Positions 25,540 to 34,217 of a DNA stretch of 64,000 nucleotides are shown here, in pieces. The notes beneath the pieces are model-generated. The model ran no database searches. It was not told where the DNA came from and worked only from the letters and a program-made list of their open reading frames with translations. The DNA lies in the NCBI GenBank assembly GCA_902608415.1, contig CACLNZ010000005.1:806-64805 (forward strand). The letters run 5' to 3'. Each line of letters starts with the position of its first letter. The first letter of the stretch is position 1. The translations under genes were made by a program, and so were the position numbers. This stretch comes from an uncultured PS1 clade bacterium. GTDB taxonomy: Bacteria; Pseudomonadota; Alphaproteobacteria; MED-G09.

Positions 25540-26182
25540 GTTTTAATTTCGCATTAAATAGTTTATTGAAATTTCTTATGAGTATCTCATCAAAATATTT
25601 TATTTCTTTTTTTAAACCCATTTCTTCAAGGCTTGTTACATTATATGGATTATTTCCACAGGGATTTATTCCTTTAAAATTTTCCAAATTTGGATTCATA
25701 TTTATACTAACACCATGAAATGTAATACCTTTTCTTACTCTTAACCCAATAGATGATATTTTTTTCAAAGTATTTTTATCTTCCACCCAAATACCAACAT
25801 GATTTTTGTCATTTATTCCTTTTAATCCTATGTCCTTTAATGAAATAATTATCCATTCTTCAATTAAGGAAATAAATTTCCTTATATCATATCCTTTCTT
25901 CCTAAGGTTTAGCATTAAGTAAATTATTTTTTGCCCAGGCCCATGATAAGTATATTGTCCGCCTCTACTTGACTCATATACCTTGAATTTATTTTTTTCG
26001 ATCAGGTCTTCAGGTTTTGCGCTTGTTCCAGCTGTATATATATTATCGTGCTCTAAAAACCATAAAAATTCTTTGCAATTATTTTTATGAATTTCTTCAA
26101 CCTTTTTTTCCATAAATTCTATAGAATAAGGATAATCAATAATCCTTTCTTCTTGAAAATATTCTATTTCATTATCATTCAT
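25520..26182 (-). CDS. lipB: Octanoyltransferase LipB
   Basis: EHDNIYTAGTSA, SRGGQYTYHGPGQ, KISSIGLRVRKGITFHGVSINMN. Confidence 0.9.
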   Translation of the reverse strand: MNDNEIEYFQEERIIDYPYSIEFMEKKVEEIHKNNCKEFLWFLEHDNIYTAGTSAKPEDLIEKNKFKVYESSRGGQYTYHGPGQKIIYLMLNLRKKGYDIRKFISLIEEWIIISLKDIGLKGINDKNHVGIWVEDKNTLKKISSIGLRVRKGITFHGVSINMNPNLENFKGINPCGNNPYNVTSLEEMGLKKEIKYFDEILIRNFNKLFNAKLKLRKTLE

Positions 26183-26256
26183 AACTTTATTAATTTATAA
26201 ATTTGTTTATTAATTTACAAATCATTATTAACTATTGATATATTAATAATTAATTT

Positions 26257-26343
26257 GCGGCCGTGGCGGAACTGGTAGACGCGCAGCGTTGAGGTCGCTG
26301 TGGGGTAAAACCCGTGGAAGTTCGAGTCTTCTCGGCCGCACCA
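26257..26343 (+). tRNA. tRNA-Leu (anticodon GAG), CCA encoded
   Basis: GCGGCCGTGGCGGAACTGGTAGACGCGCAGCGTTGAGGTCGCTG...variable arm...GGAAGTTCGAGTCTTCTCGGCCGCACCA. The anticodon loop is TTGAGGT. Confidence 0.95.
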
Positions 26344-26354
26344 TAAGGAATTTA

Positions 26355-27734
26355 ATGATGAGCAATAAAAAAGAAGATAAGATTATATCTTTCAGAGAGC
26401 AATTTGACCCGTCACTAGTTTCTGAAATCATAATATCAATTGATTCTGGCGATAAGAAATCTGTTTTAAATATTATTAATAAATTACCTTCATCTGATAT
26501 CGCAGATATTATTAATTTACTTAAATCTTCAGAAAGAGAAGCGTTTATAGATTTAATCAAAGATAAATTTAAACCAGAAATTCTTTCTAATCTTGAAGAC
26601 TTAGTTAGAGAGGAAATAATTAATTATTTAGGATATAATTTTGTAGCAGATTTAATACCAAAACTAGAAACCGATGATGCAGTTCATGTAATCGAGGACT
26701 TAGAAGATAATGAAAAGAACCTAATTCTTCAAAAAATTCCTTTAAGTGAGAGAGAAGAGATCAAGAACTCATTAAATTATACTCATGACAGCGCAGGAAG
26801 ATTAATGAGCTTGGATTTTGTGTCTATGCCACCTTATTGGAATGTAGGTCAAGCTATTGATTTTCTAAGAAAAAATTATGAATTACCAAATGAATTCTAT
26901 GAAATTTATCTTGTTGATCCCTCCTTTAAGCCTTTAGGAACATTGTCCTTATCAAAAATAATAAGATCAAAACGTGAAAGCGATTTAAAAGATATTAAAT
27001 CAAATCAATTTGTTACAATTAATGCGGATTTAGATAAGGAAATAGTAGCTTTAGAGTTTGAAAGATTTGATATGGTTTCGGCTCCTGTAGTTGATAATAA
27101 TGGAAGATTAATTGGTGTAATTACAGCTGATGATATTGTGGATGTAATACAAGATGAAGCTGAAGAAGATATAAAATTACTTGGCGGGGTAGGTAACGAA
27201 AAAATTACTGATAGTGCGATTAGAGTTTCAAGGGGGCGTTTTTCATGGTTATTTATTAATCTATTAACTGCTGTTCTTGCATCTGTAGTTATAGGTTTTT
27301 TTGATGCTACGATTGAAGAAATGGTAGCGCTAGCAATCTTGATGCCTATAGTCGCTTCAATGGGAGGTAATGCTGGTACACAAACATTAACTATCGCAGT
27401 TCGTTCATTATCAACAAGAGATTTGGTCCCATTAAATTATAAAAGAATTATTAATAAAGAAATACTTGTAAGCTTTTACAATGGAACGCTTTTTGCCATA
27501 ATTACAGGCTTTTTTGGTTGGCTATGGTTTGACAATTATTCTTTAGGAATTGTTTTAGCTGTTGCAATGATTTTAAATATGGTAATTGCTGGATTATCAG
27601 GTATTTTAATTCCATTAGGTTTAAATAGAATAGGAATTGATCCAGCGGTAGCATCGACTGTTTTTTTGACTACAATTACAGATGTTGTAGGATTTTTTAG
27701 TTTTCTTGGTCTTGCTGCTTGGTTTCTTGTTTAG
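26355..27734 (+). CDS. mgtE: Magnesium transporter MgtE
   Basis: N-domain, tandem CBS domains, and a TM domain with ILMPIVASMGGNAGTQ and TITDVVGF. The listed start (26289) lies inside the tRNA-Leu gene. The ATG at 26355 has the RBS aaggaa. Confidence 0.9.
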   Translation: MMSNKKEDKIISFREQFDPSLVSEIIISIDSGDKKSVLNIINKLPSSDIADIINLLKSSEREAFIDLIKDKFKPEILSNLEDLVREEIINYLGYNFVADLIPKLETDDAVHVIEDLEDNEKNLILQKIPLSEREEIKNSLNYTHDSAGRLMSLDFVSMPPYWNVGQAIDFLRKNYELPNEFYEIYLVDPSFKPLGTLSLSKIIRSKRESDLKDIKSNQFVTINADLDKEIVALEFERFDMVSAPVVDNNGRLIGVITADDIVDVIQDEAEEDIKLLGGVGNEKITDSAIRVSRGRFSWLFINLLTAVLASVVIGFFDATIEEMVALAILMPIVASMGGNAGTQTLTIAVRSLSTRDLVPLNYKRIINKEILVSFYNGTLFAIITGFFGWLWFDNYSLGIVLAVAMILNMVIAGLSGILIPLGLNRIGIDPAVASTVFLTTITDVVGFFSFLGLAAWFLV

Positions 27735-27742
27735 GTATAAAA

Positions 27743-28684
27743 TTGAATATTAACATTAAAGTCTATTTATTCTTATTATTGTTTTTTCATGTAATTTTTT
27801 TACCATCCAAAGTTTTGTCTATATGGTTTGAATCTACACCCCTTCCAGTAGCAAAGAGTGGAACTTCTGCAGCAATACTTAATAATGAAATTATAGTTAT
27901 TGGAGGAAAGGGAATTATTGGAAATAATCCTTTATCAGAAATTTTTGATATTGATGGAAAAATATGGAGACCTATTAGTCTATTTCCAAAAGATTTTCAT
28001 GGATTTAGAATTATTAGCTTTCAAAATAAAATATTGTTATGTGGGGGTTATAACAAAGATAAACCAACAAAAAATTGTTGGATATATGACCATAATTTAT
28101 CTAATTGGGCTCAAATAAGCGATATGCCATATGCAAGAGCTGATCATGCTATGGTAAAAATAGATAACAAAGTATTTTTTATAGGTGGGATTGGTGAAAG
28201 TCCTGAGAAAGTTATGTCTTACAATTTAAATTATAGTGAGTGGAGCACTAGCTATGCTATTTTCGATAATCCATTATATTCATCAGGATTTGGAGTTTAT
28301 AATAAAAATATAGCTATAATTGGAGGTATAGAGGTTTCAAATTCTGAAATATCTAATAGGTTTGAAATTTTTGACCCTAAATTAAATATATGGAAAAAAA
28401 ACACTAATTATCCTTTAAGGGTTGCTTCTTCGTCAGTTCAGCAAATTAAAAATAATTTGCATGTTTCAGGAGGCAAAACACTTAATCCCAATAGAACTTA
28501 CAAAGACCATTATTCTTTCGAAAAAGATTATTGGGTTAAAAAGGAGGAAATGCCAACTCCAAGACATAGTATGTCTTCAGTTTTTATTGATGAAAATTGG
28601 TATTTAATCGGTGGATCAATAAGTCCAGGTTTTTTCTCTCTTTTTTCTCCAACTGATGTTGTAGAGATATACATAGATAAATGA
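27743..28684 (+). CDS. Secreted Kelch-repeat beta-propeller protein (about 6 blades)
   Basis: Hydrophobic signal-like N-terminus (KVYLFLLLFFHVIFLPSKVLS). Repeated Kelch-like units follow (IIVIGG, ILLCGGY, VFFIGG, IAIIGG, LHVSGG, WYLIGG), each followed by a W/Y position. There is no in-frame ATG near the N-terminus. The candidate starts are TTG at 27743 or TTG at 27719; the latter overlaps mgtE. Confidence 0.7.
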   Translation: MNINIKVYLFLLLFFHVIFLPSKVLSIWFESTPLPVAKSGTSAAILNNEIIVIGGKGIIGNNPLSEIFDIDGKIWRPISLFPKDFHGFRIISFQNKILLCGGYNKDKPTKNCWIYDHNLSNWAQISDMPYARADHAMVKIDNKVFFIGGIGESPEKVMSYNLNYSEWSTSYAIFDNPLYSSGFGVYNKNIAIIGGIEVSNSEISNRFEIFDPKLNIWKKNTNYPLRVASSSVQQIKNNLHVSGGKTLNPNRTYKDHYSFEKDYWVKKEEMPTPRHSMSSVFIDENWYLIGGSISPGFFSLFSPTDVVEIYIDK

Positions 28685-29103
28685 CTATACATTTAAAAAA
28701 ACTATGTGTTGGAGCAAAGGATGTTAATGAGTTGTTTAGAAGGCAAATTTACATAAGAGAAAAATATAAAGAAACAATTCATATCACCAGAATGTATCCT
28801 AAGAGATATGAAGAGCTAATTGATGGCGGATCAATTTATTGGATTTTCAAGGGCTATATTAGGGCTCGTCAAAATATTTTGGACATGAGCAGGTATATAG
28901 GGGAAGATAAAATTAGTAGATGTAAGATTCTTTTATCAGAAGAAATTAGGCTAACTACACCAAAGAAATCAAGACCTTTCCAAGGTTGGAGATATTTAAA
29001 AAATAATGATATTCCTAAAGACGATATTTTATATGACCCGTTAAGTTATGATAATTCCAACGAAGAATTAATATCTGAATTAAGCAAATTAGGTCTAGTT
29101 TGA
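28681..29103 (+). CDS. DUF1489 family protein (alphaproteobacteria-restricted, unknown function)
   Basis: MTIHLKKLCVGA...IHITRMYPKRYEELIDGGSIYWIFKGYIRARQNIL...RPFQGWRYL matches my recollection of the DUF1489 family consensus. ATGA overlap with the Kelch gene. Confidence 0.65.
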   Translation: MTIHLKKLCVGAKDVNELFRRQIYIREKYKETIHITRMYPKRYEELIDGGSIYWIFKGYIRARQNILDMSRYIGEDKISRCKILLSEEIRLTTPKKSRPFQGWRYLKNNDIPKDDILYDPLSYDNSNEELISELSKLGLV

Positions 29104-29543
29104 TGGTTTTTTTATTTTATGGAATTATAAGTTTTGTAATGATTATTATAGTTTTAAAATATTTAGCAAATATAAATTCTACTAAATTACAAAGTCTAAT
29201 AAAGATAATTCTTGGCGGAATTTTGCTTATTGTGTCTTTAATTCTTCTATTCAGAGGTTTGTATTATTTTTCTGGACCCCTTTTGGTGCTTTCCTTGTGG
29301 TTAACAAGATTAAAAACATTTTATGATTTCTATAATTCTTTTTTTAAAAAAAATAATTATAAGATTTCAATAGATAAAAATGAAGCATTAGAGATTTTAG
29401 GTCTTGATTTCAAGGCTTCAAGAGATGATATTATAAATGCGCATAAAAAATTAATTGAAAAAAACCACCCAGATAAAGGTGGCTCTGATTATTTAAGCGC
29501 AAAAATAAACAAAGCTAGGGATGTTTTGTTAGATAAGAAATAG
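29103..29543 (+). CDS. Membrane-anchored J-domain protein (Tim14/Pam18-like DnaJ-domain protein)
   Basis: Two to three N-terminal TM helices, then the J-domain EALEILGLDFKASRDDIINAHKKLIEKNHPDKGGSDYLSAKINKARDVLL with an HPD motif. Confidence 0.75.
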   Translation: MVFLFYGIISFVMIIIVLKYLANINSTKLQSLIKIILGGILLIVSLILLFRGLYYFSGPLLVLSLWLTRLKTFYDFYNSFFKKNNYKISIDKNEALEILGLDFKASRDDIINAHKKLIEKNHPDKGGSDYLSAKINKARDVLLDKK

Positions 29544-29558
29544 GAGTTAAGTTATTAA

Positions 29559-29879
29559 ATGTCTGAAGGCGATAAATATATAGATTTTGAAGAGCATACT
29601 AAGGTTGAGACTAAGAAAAAACTTCAAAAACCCTCCTTGTACAAAGTTTTGCTTTTAAATGATGATTACACTCCAATGGAATTCGTTGTGTTCCTTCTTA
29701 AAAAGTTTTTTCACAAGAACAATGATGAGGCTACAAAGATTATGCTTCATGTTCATCAAAATGGAGTAGGTGTTTGTGGAGTTTTTCCATATGAGATTGC
29801 TGAAACAAAAGTTATTCAAGTGCTTGAAACTGCAAAAAAAAATGACCACCCCTTACAATGCACAATGGAAAAGGATTAA
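29559..29879 (+). CDS. clpS: ATP-dependent Clp protease adaptor ClpS
   Basis: [25 protein letters not shown]...[27 protein letters not shown]. Confidence 0.9.
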   Translation: MSEGDKYIDFEEHTKVETKKKLQKPSLYKVLLLNDDYTPMEFVVFLLKKFFHKNNDEATKIMLHVHQNGVGVCGVFPYEIAETKVIQVLETAKKNDHPLQCTMEKD

Positions 29880-29883
29880 AGTT

Positions 29884-32169
29884 ATGGCTGGTTTCGCTCA
29901 AAGTTTAGAAGAGTCATTGCAAAGATCAATAGATTATGCTGCTAAAAAAAATCATGAACATGTTACTGTTGAGCACCTTCTTTTAGCCTTAATCGAAGAT
30001 ATTGATGCTTCGAACCTCCTTAAGGCTTGTAATATTAATTTATCACTCTTAAAAAGTGATTTAGTTAAATTTATAGATGAGCAGAAGTATCTTGTATTAT
30101 CTAATAATGAACAATTGCCTGAACCAACAGCAGGATATAGAACTGTAATTACAAGAGCAGCTATTCATGTACAACAATCTGGGAAAAGTGAAGTCAATGG
30201 AGCAAATGTAATTGTGGCCATTTTTTCTCAACAAGAAAGTTACTCAGTATATCTTTTAGAAAAACAAGAGATGACAAGGTATGATGCTGTTCAATTTATT
30301 TCCCATGGCATAAGAAAAGATGATGATTATACAACTATGAGTGTTTCAGAAGAAATTAACGATGAACAAGAAGAATTGCAGTCCAACAAAAAGAGCGCTT
30401 TAGAGGCATTTTGCGAAAATTTAAATGAGAAAGCTAAAAAGAATATGATTGACCCTCTTATTGGGAGGGATGAAGAGGTATTAAGGCTTATTCAGATATT
30501 GTGCAGAAGAAGAAAAAACAATCCATTATTAGTTGGCGACCCTGGAGTTGGAAAAACAGCTATAGTTGAAGGTTTAGCCTACAGAATAGTTTTTGAGGAA
30601 GTGCCATCTGTTATAAAGTCATCACAAATTTATTCCTTAGATATGGGTGCATTACTGGCTGGTACTAGATACAGAGGCGATTTTGAAGAAAGAATTAAGG
30701 CAGTTCTTGTTGAAATTGAAAAAATTGACAACTCTATCTTATTTATTGATGAGATTCATACAGTTATTGGAGCTGGAGCCACATCAGGCGGTGCAATGGA
30801 TGCATCAAATTTATTGAAACCATATTTACAAAATGAAAGAATGAGATGTGTTGGATCAACTACATATAAAGAATTTCGACAATTTTTTGATAAAGATAGA
30901 GCTTTATCAAGAAGATTTCAAAAAATTGATGTTGATGAGCCAAATAATGAAGACACTATTAAGATTCTAAAGGGTCTTAAATCACGTTTTGAAGATTTTC
31001 ATGGATTAAAATATTCTGATGAAGCAATAGACTGTGCCGTTGAGTTATCGTCAAGATATATGAGCGATAAGAAATTACCTGATAAAGCTATAGATGTAAT
31101 TGATGAAACTGGTGCAGCGATGAAATTAAAGGCATCTAAAAAGAAAATTATTGGCGAAAAAGAGATCGAAGAAACAATAGCAATAATGGCTAAGATTCCT
31201 TCGCGAAATATTACCCGTGATGATACTAAGAAGTTAAAAGATCTAGATAAATCTCTTAAAAGAATGGTTTTTGGTCAAGATAAAGCTATAGAAGAAATTG
31301 CAACATCTATTAGGCTTTCTAGGGCTGGTCTTCGAGACAATCAAAAGCCTATTGGTTCATATTTATTTACTGGCCCGACTGGAGTTGGAAAAACAGAGCT
31401 CGCAAGACAACTATCATCTGTTTTAGGAGTAGAATTATTAAGATTTGATATGACTGAATTTATGGAAAGACATACTGTTTCAAGATTAATAGGAGCTCCA
31501 CCAGGGTATATTGGATTCGATCAGGGAGGTTTATTGACTGATGGTGTTGATAAAAATCCATATTCTGTTGTTTTATTAGATGAAATTGAAAAAGCTCATC
31601 CAGATATTTTTAATATTCTTCTTCAAATTATGGATTATGGAACATTAACTGATCAGAATGGTAGAAAAGTAGATTTTAGAAATACTATCATAATACTTAC
31701 TACAAATGCAGGTGCTTCTGATTTAGCTAAACCTGCACTAGGTTTTAATAGAGACAAAAGAGAAGGCGATGATGTTGAAGCAATAGATAAATTATTTAAT
31801 CCTGAATTTAGAAACAGGTTAGATGCAATTATTTCATTCAATTCCCTTCCTGATAAAGTAATAGCAAGAGTAGTAGAAAAATTTATATTGGAATTGGAAA
31901 CTCAACTAGATAATAAAAATGTATTTATTCAGATTTCTGAAAAAGCTGCTATGTGGATAGGAAAAGAGGGCTACGATGAAAATATGGGAGCTAGACCTCT
32001 TAGCAGGTTAATTCAAGAAAAAATTAAAAAACCTATTGCTGAACAAATACTCTATGGAAAATTATCAAAAGGTGGGAATATTAAAGTTGATCTCAAAGAA
32101 AACGAATTAACTTTTGAATATCTTCCATTAAAAAAATCACCTAAAAAAAATAAACAGAGTGTTACATAG
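29884..32169 (+). CDS. clpA: ATP-dependent Clp protease ATP-binding subunit ClpA
   Basis: Clp N-domain; two AAA+ modules (GDPGVGKTAIVEGLA; GPTGVGKTELARQL). The start ATG at 29884 (MAGFAQSLEESL...) is preferred over the listed 29770, which overlaps clpS out of frame. Confidence 0.95.
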   Translation: MAGFAQSLEESLQRSIDYAAKKNHEHVTVEHLLLALIEDIDASNLLKACNINLSLLKSDLVKFIDEQKYLVLSNNEQLPEPTAGYRTVITRAAIHVQQSGKSEVNGANVIVAIFSQQESYSVYLLEKQEMTRYDAVQFISHGIRKDDDYTTMSVSEEINDEQEELQSNKKSALEAFCENLNEKAKKNMIDPLIGRDEEVLRLIQILCRRRKNNPLLVGDPGVGKTAIVEGLAYRIVFEEVPSVIKSSQIYSLDMGALLAGTRYRGDFEERIKAVLVEIEKIDNSILFIDEIHTVIGAGATSGGAMDASNLLKPYLQNERMRCVGSTTYKEFRQFFDKDRALSRRFQKIDVDEPNNEDTIKILKGLKSRFEDFHGLKYSDEAIDCAVELSSRYMSDKKLPDKAIDVIDETGAAMKLKASKKKIIGEKEIEETIAIMAKIPSRNITRDDTKKLKDLDKSLKRMVFGQDKAIEEIATSIRLSRAGLRDNQKPIGSYLFTGPTGVGKTELARQLSSVLGVELLRFDMTEFMERHTVSRLIGAPPGYIGFDQGGLLTDGVDKNPYSVVLLDEIEKAHPDIFNILLQIMDYGTLTDQNGRKVDFRNTIIILTTNAGASDLAKPALGFNRDKREGDDVEAIDKLFNPEFRNRLDAIISFNSLPDKVIARVVEKFILELETQLDNKNVFIQISEKAAMWIGKEGYDENMGARPLSRLIQEKIKKPIAEQILYGKLSKGGNIKVDLKENELTFEYLPLKKSPKKNKQSVT

Positions 32170-32584
32170 CAATAGCTCTACGTATTTTTCTAGCTTCGTT
32201 TTCAAGTTTATCGAAATCTTCTACATCTCTAGAATGGAACTTATATTCTAATCCATTACTTCTTTGGATTATGTGGAAATGAAGGTGAAAAACTGTTTGA
32301 CCAGCTTCTTTTCCATTAAGCTGCATTATCATTACACCTGTTGGCGAATAAACTTTTTTTATTGCATTCGCAATATTTTTAGTGGCTTTTAAAATCGGTT
32401 CCAAAAATTCATCTGGGAGATTAAGTAAATCTGTTGTCTCAAATTTTGGTATTACTAAGGTATGTCCGAGTGCTTGAGGCATAACATCCATAAAGGCTAG
32501 TACTTTTGAGTCTTCATAAACTTTAATGCAGTCAGCTTCATTTCTTAGTATTTTTGCAAAAATATTATTTTTGTCATAATTCAT
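32162..32584 (-). CDS. HIT family (histidine triad) nucleotide hydrolase
   Basis: HTLVIPK..., histidine triad HLHFHII. 140 aa. Confidence 0.85.
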   Translation of the reverse strand: MNYDKNNIFAKILRNEADCIKVYEDSKVLAFMDVMPQALGHTLVIPKFETTDLLNLPDEFLEPILKATKNIANAIKKVYSPTGVMIMQLNGKEAGQTVFHLHFHIIQRSNGLEYKFHSRDVEDFDKLENEARKIRRAIAM

Positions 32585-33756
32585 TGGTTCTCCTTATTTT
32601 TTTTAAAAGGAATATACTCATTTAACTTTTCAATATTGTCTTGAATATACAATCTTTCGTCTTCTAAATAATTTGATATTGCTTCAGAAAAATCAATATC
32701 TTTAATCCAATGCGCAGAAAAAGTTTTTTCTGGCTGGTATCCTCTAGATATTTTATGAGAACCTTGAGCTCCAGCCTCAACTTTTCTAAATTTTTTGTTT
32801 ATCGCATACTCTATTGCTCTATAGTAGCATACTTCAAAATGTAGATTTTTATGATCTTCTATACATCCCCAGTTTCTTCCATAAATTGTGTCACCACCTA
32901 AAAAATTTAAAGCTCCAGCAATATATCTGTTTTTATTTTTAACCATTATTAAAAGAATCTTTGATGATAGTGTTTGACCTATAACGCTAAAAAAATCCCT
33001 ATTTAGATAAGGTTGTCCCCATTTTCTCATACTTGTATCAATATAGAATTTGTAAAATTCATCCCAATGATATTCTAAAATTTCTTTATCATTAAGTATT
33101 TCTATCTCTAATCCTTTTTTATTTGCTTCCTCGCGCTCTTTTTTTATATTTTTTCTTTTTCTAGATGATAGTGCGTTTAAAAAATCATTAAAATTATTAT
33201 AATTATTGTTATACCAATGAAACTGTTGATCATTTCTAATTAACCAGTTTATTTTTTTTGTAATATTTAATTCTTTTTCATTTAAAAAAGTTAAATGGGC
33301 TGAAGAAATTGAATTTTCTGAACAAAAATCTTCTATACCATGGAGCATTGCGACTTTAGTTTTCATATCATCTTTATTTGCGGTTAATAATTTTGGTGCA
33401 GAAACTGGGGTAAAGGGGATTGCTATCTGAAGTTTAGGATAATATGACCTTCCTATTCTTCGATACGCTTCAGCCCATGAATAATCAAAAACATACTCTC
33501 CTGAAGAATTATTTTTTAGATAAGAAGGAATGCAACCAATAGTATTTTTATCTTTATCTTTTGCAACAAAATAAGATGTATACCATCCGCTATTACCATT
33601 TACAGATTTACTTTCTTCTAATGCATTTAAGAATTCAAAACTTACAAATGGATTGTAATTTAAGGGATCATGATTAGCACATTTATTCCAATTATTTTTA
33701 CCAATATTTTTTATTGTTTTTTCAATGCTTATACTAATTTGATTTTGATCATTCAT
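32581..33756 (-). CDS. FemAB-like/GNAT-fold protein of unknown function (COG3146 / DUF482-like)
   Basis: About 390 aa. NPFVSFEFLNALEESKSV...GWYTSYF...YGRNWGC...LHFEVCYYRAIEYAI...VEAGAQGSHKISRGY resembles the conserved proteobacterial DUF482 family as I recall it. ATGA overlaps on both sides. Confidence 0.6.
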   Translation of the reverse strand: MNDQNQISISIEKTIKNIGKNNWNKCANHDPLNYNPFVSFEFLNALEESKSVNGNSGWYTSYFVAKDKDKNTIGCIPSYLKNNSSGEYVFDYSWAEAYRRIGRSYYPKLQIAIPFTPVSAPKLLTANKDDMKTKVAMLHGIEDFCSENSISSAHLTFLNEKELNITKKINWLIRNDQQFHWYNNNYNNFNDFLNALSSRKRKNIKKEREEANKKGLEIEILNDKEILEYHWDEFYKFYIDTSMRKWGQPYLNRDFFSVIGQTLSSKILLIMVKNKNRYIAGALNFLGGDTIYGRNWGCIEDHKNLHFEVCYYRAIEYAINKKFRKVEAGAQGSHKISRGYQPEKTFSAHWIKDIDFSEAISNYLEDERLYIQDNIEKLNEYIPFKKNKENQ

Positions 33757-34217
33757 TTATTTTTTAATTCAAATATAGCATCAACTTCAACAGCCATGTT
33801 TAATGGTAAAGAAGATGCCCCGACAGCAAATCTAGCATGCCAACCTTTATCCTCAAAAATTGATATCATTAACTTAGATGCGCCATCTATAACTAATGCG
33901 TGATCTGAAAATTTATCATCAGTATTTACAAAACCACCTAACTTTACACATTTATTTACCATTTCGAGATTTCCACATGCTTTTTTTGCTTGAGAAAGTA
34001 TCATTATTGCACATAATTTAGCGGCTTCTTGGCCTTCTTCTAAAGTCAATTCAGAACCAACTTTCCCTGTTATCAATTTGTTTCCATCAAAAGGTCCTTG
34101 TCCTGAAATATACAATAAATTTCCAGAAATATTATAAGGAACATATGTTGCAACTGGTGATGCGGGTTCAGGTAAAATAATATTATTATTTAATAAATTT
34201 TGATCAATTTTATTCAT
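33753..34217 (-). CDS. RidA/YjgF family reactive-intermediate deaminase-like protein
   Basis: 154 aa. LLYISGQGPF..., ...ARFAVGASSLPLNMAVEVDAIFE is the typical YjgF/RidA fold pattern. Confidence 0.8.
   Translation of the reverse strand: MNKIDQNLLNNNIILPEPASPVATYVPYNISGNLLYISGQGPFDGNKLITGKVGSELTLEEGQEAAKLCAIMILSQAKKACGNLEMVNKCVKLGGFVNTDDKFSDHALVIDGASKLMISIFEDKGWHARFAVGASSLPLNMAVEVDAIFELKNK

Noticed and set aside
26243-26560. A 105-aa minus-strand ORF, and the first 22 codons of the listed mgtE ORF (26289..26354).
   Set aside because: Both read through the tRNA-Leu(GAG) gene, whose GC-rich patch removes stop codons. mgtE starts at 26355 with its own RBS.
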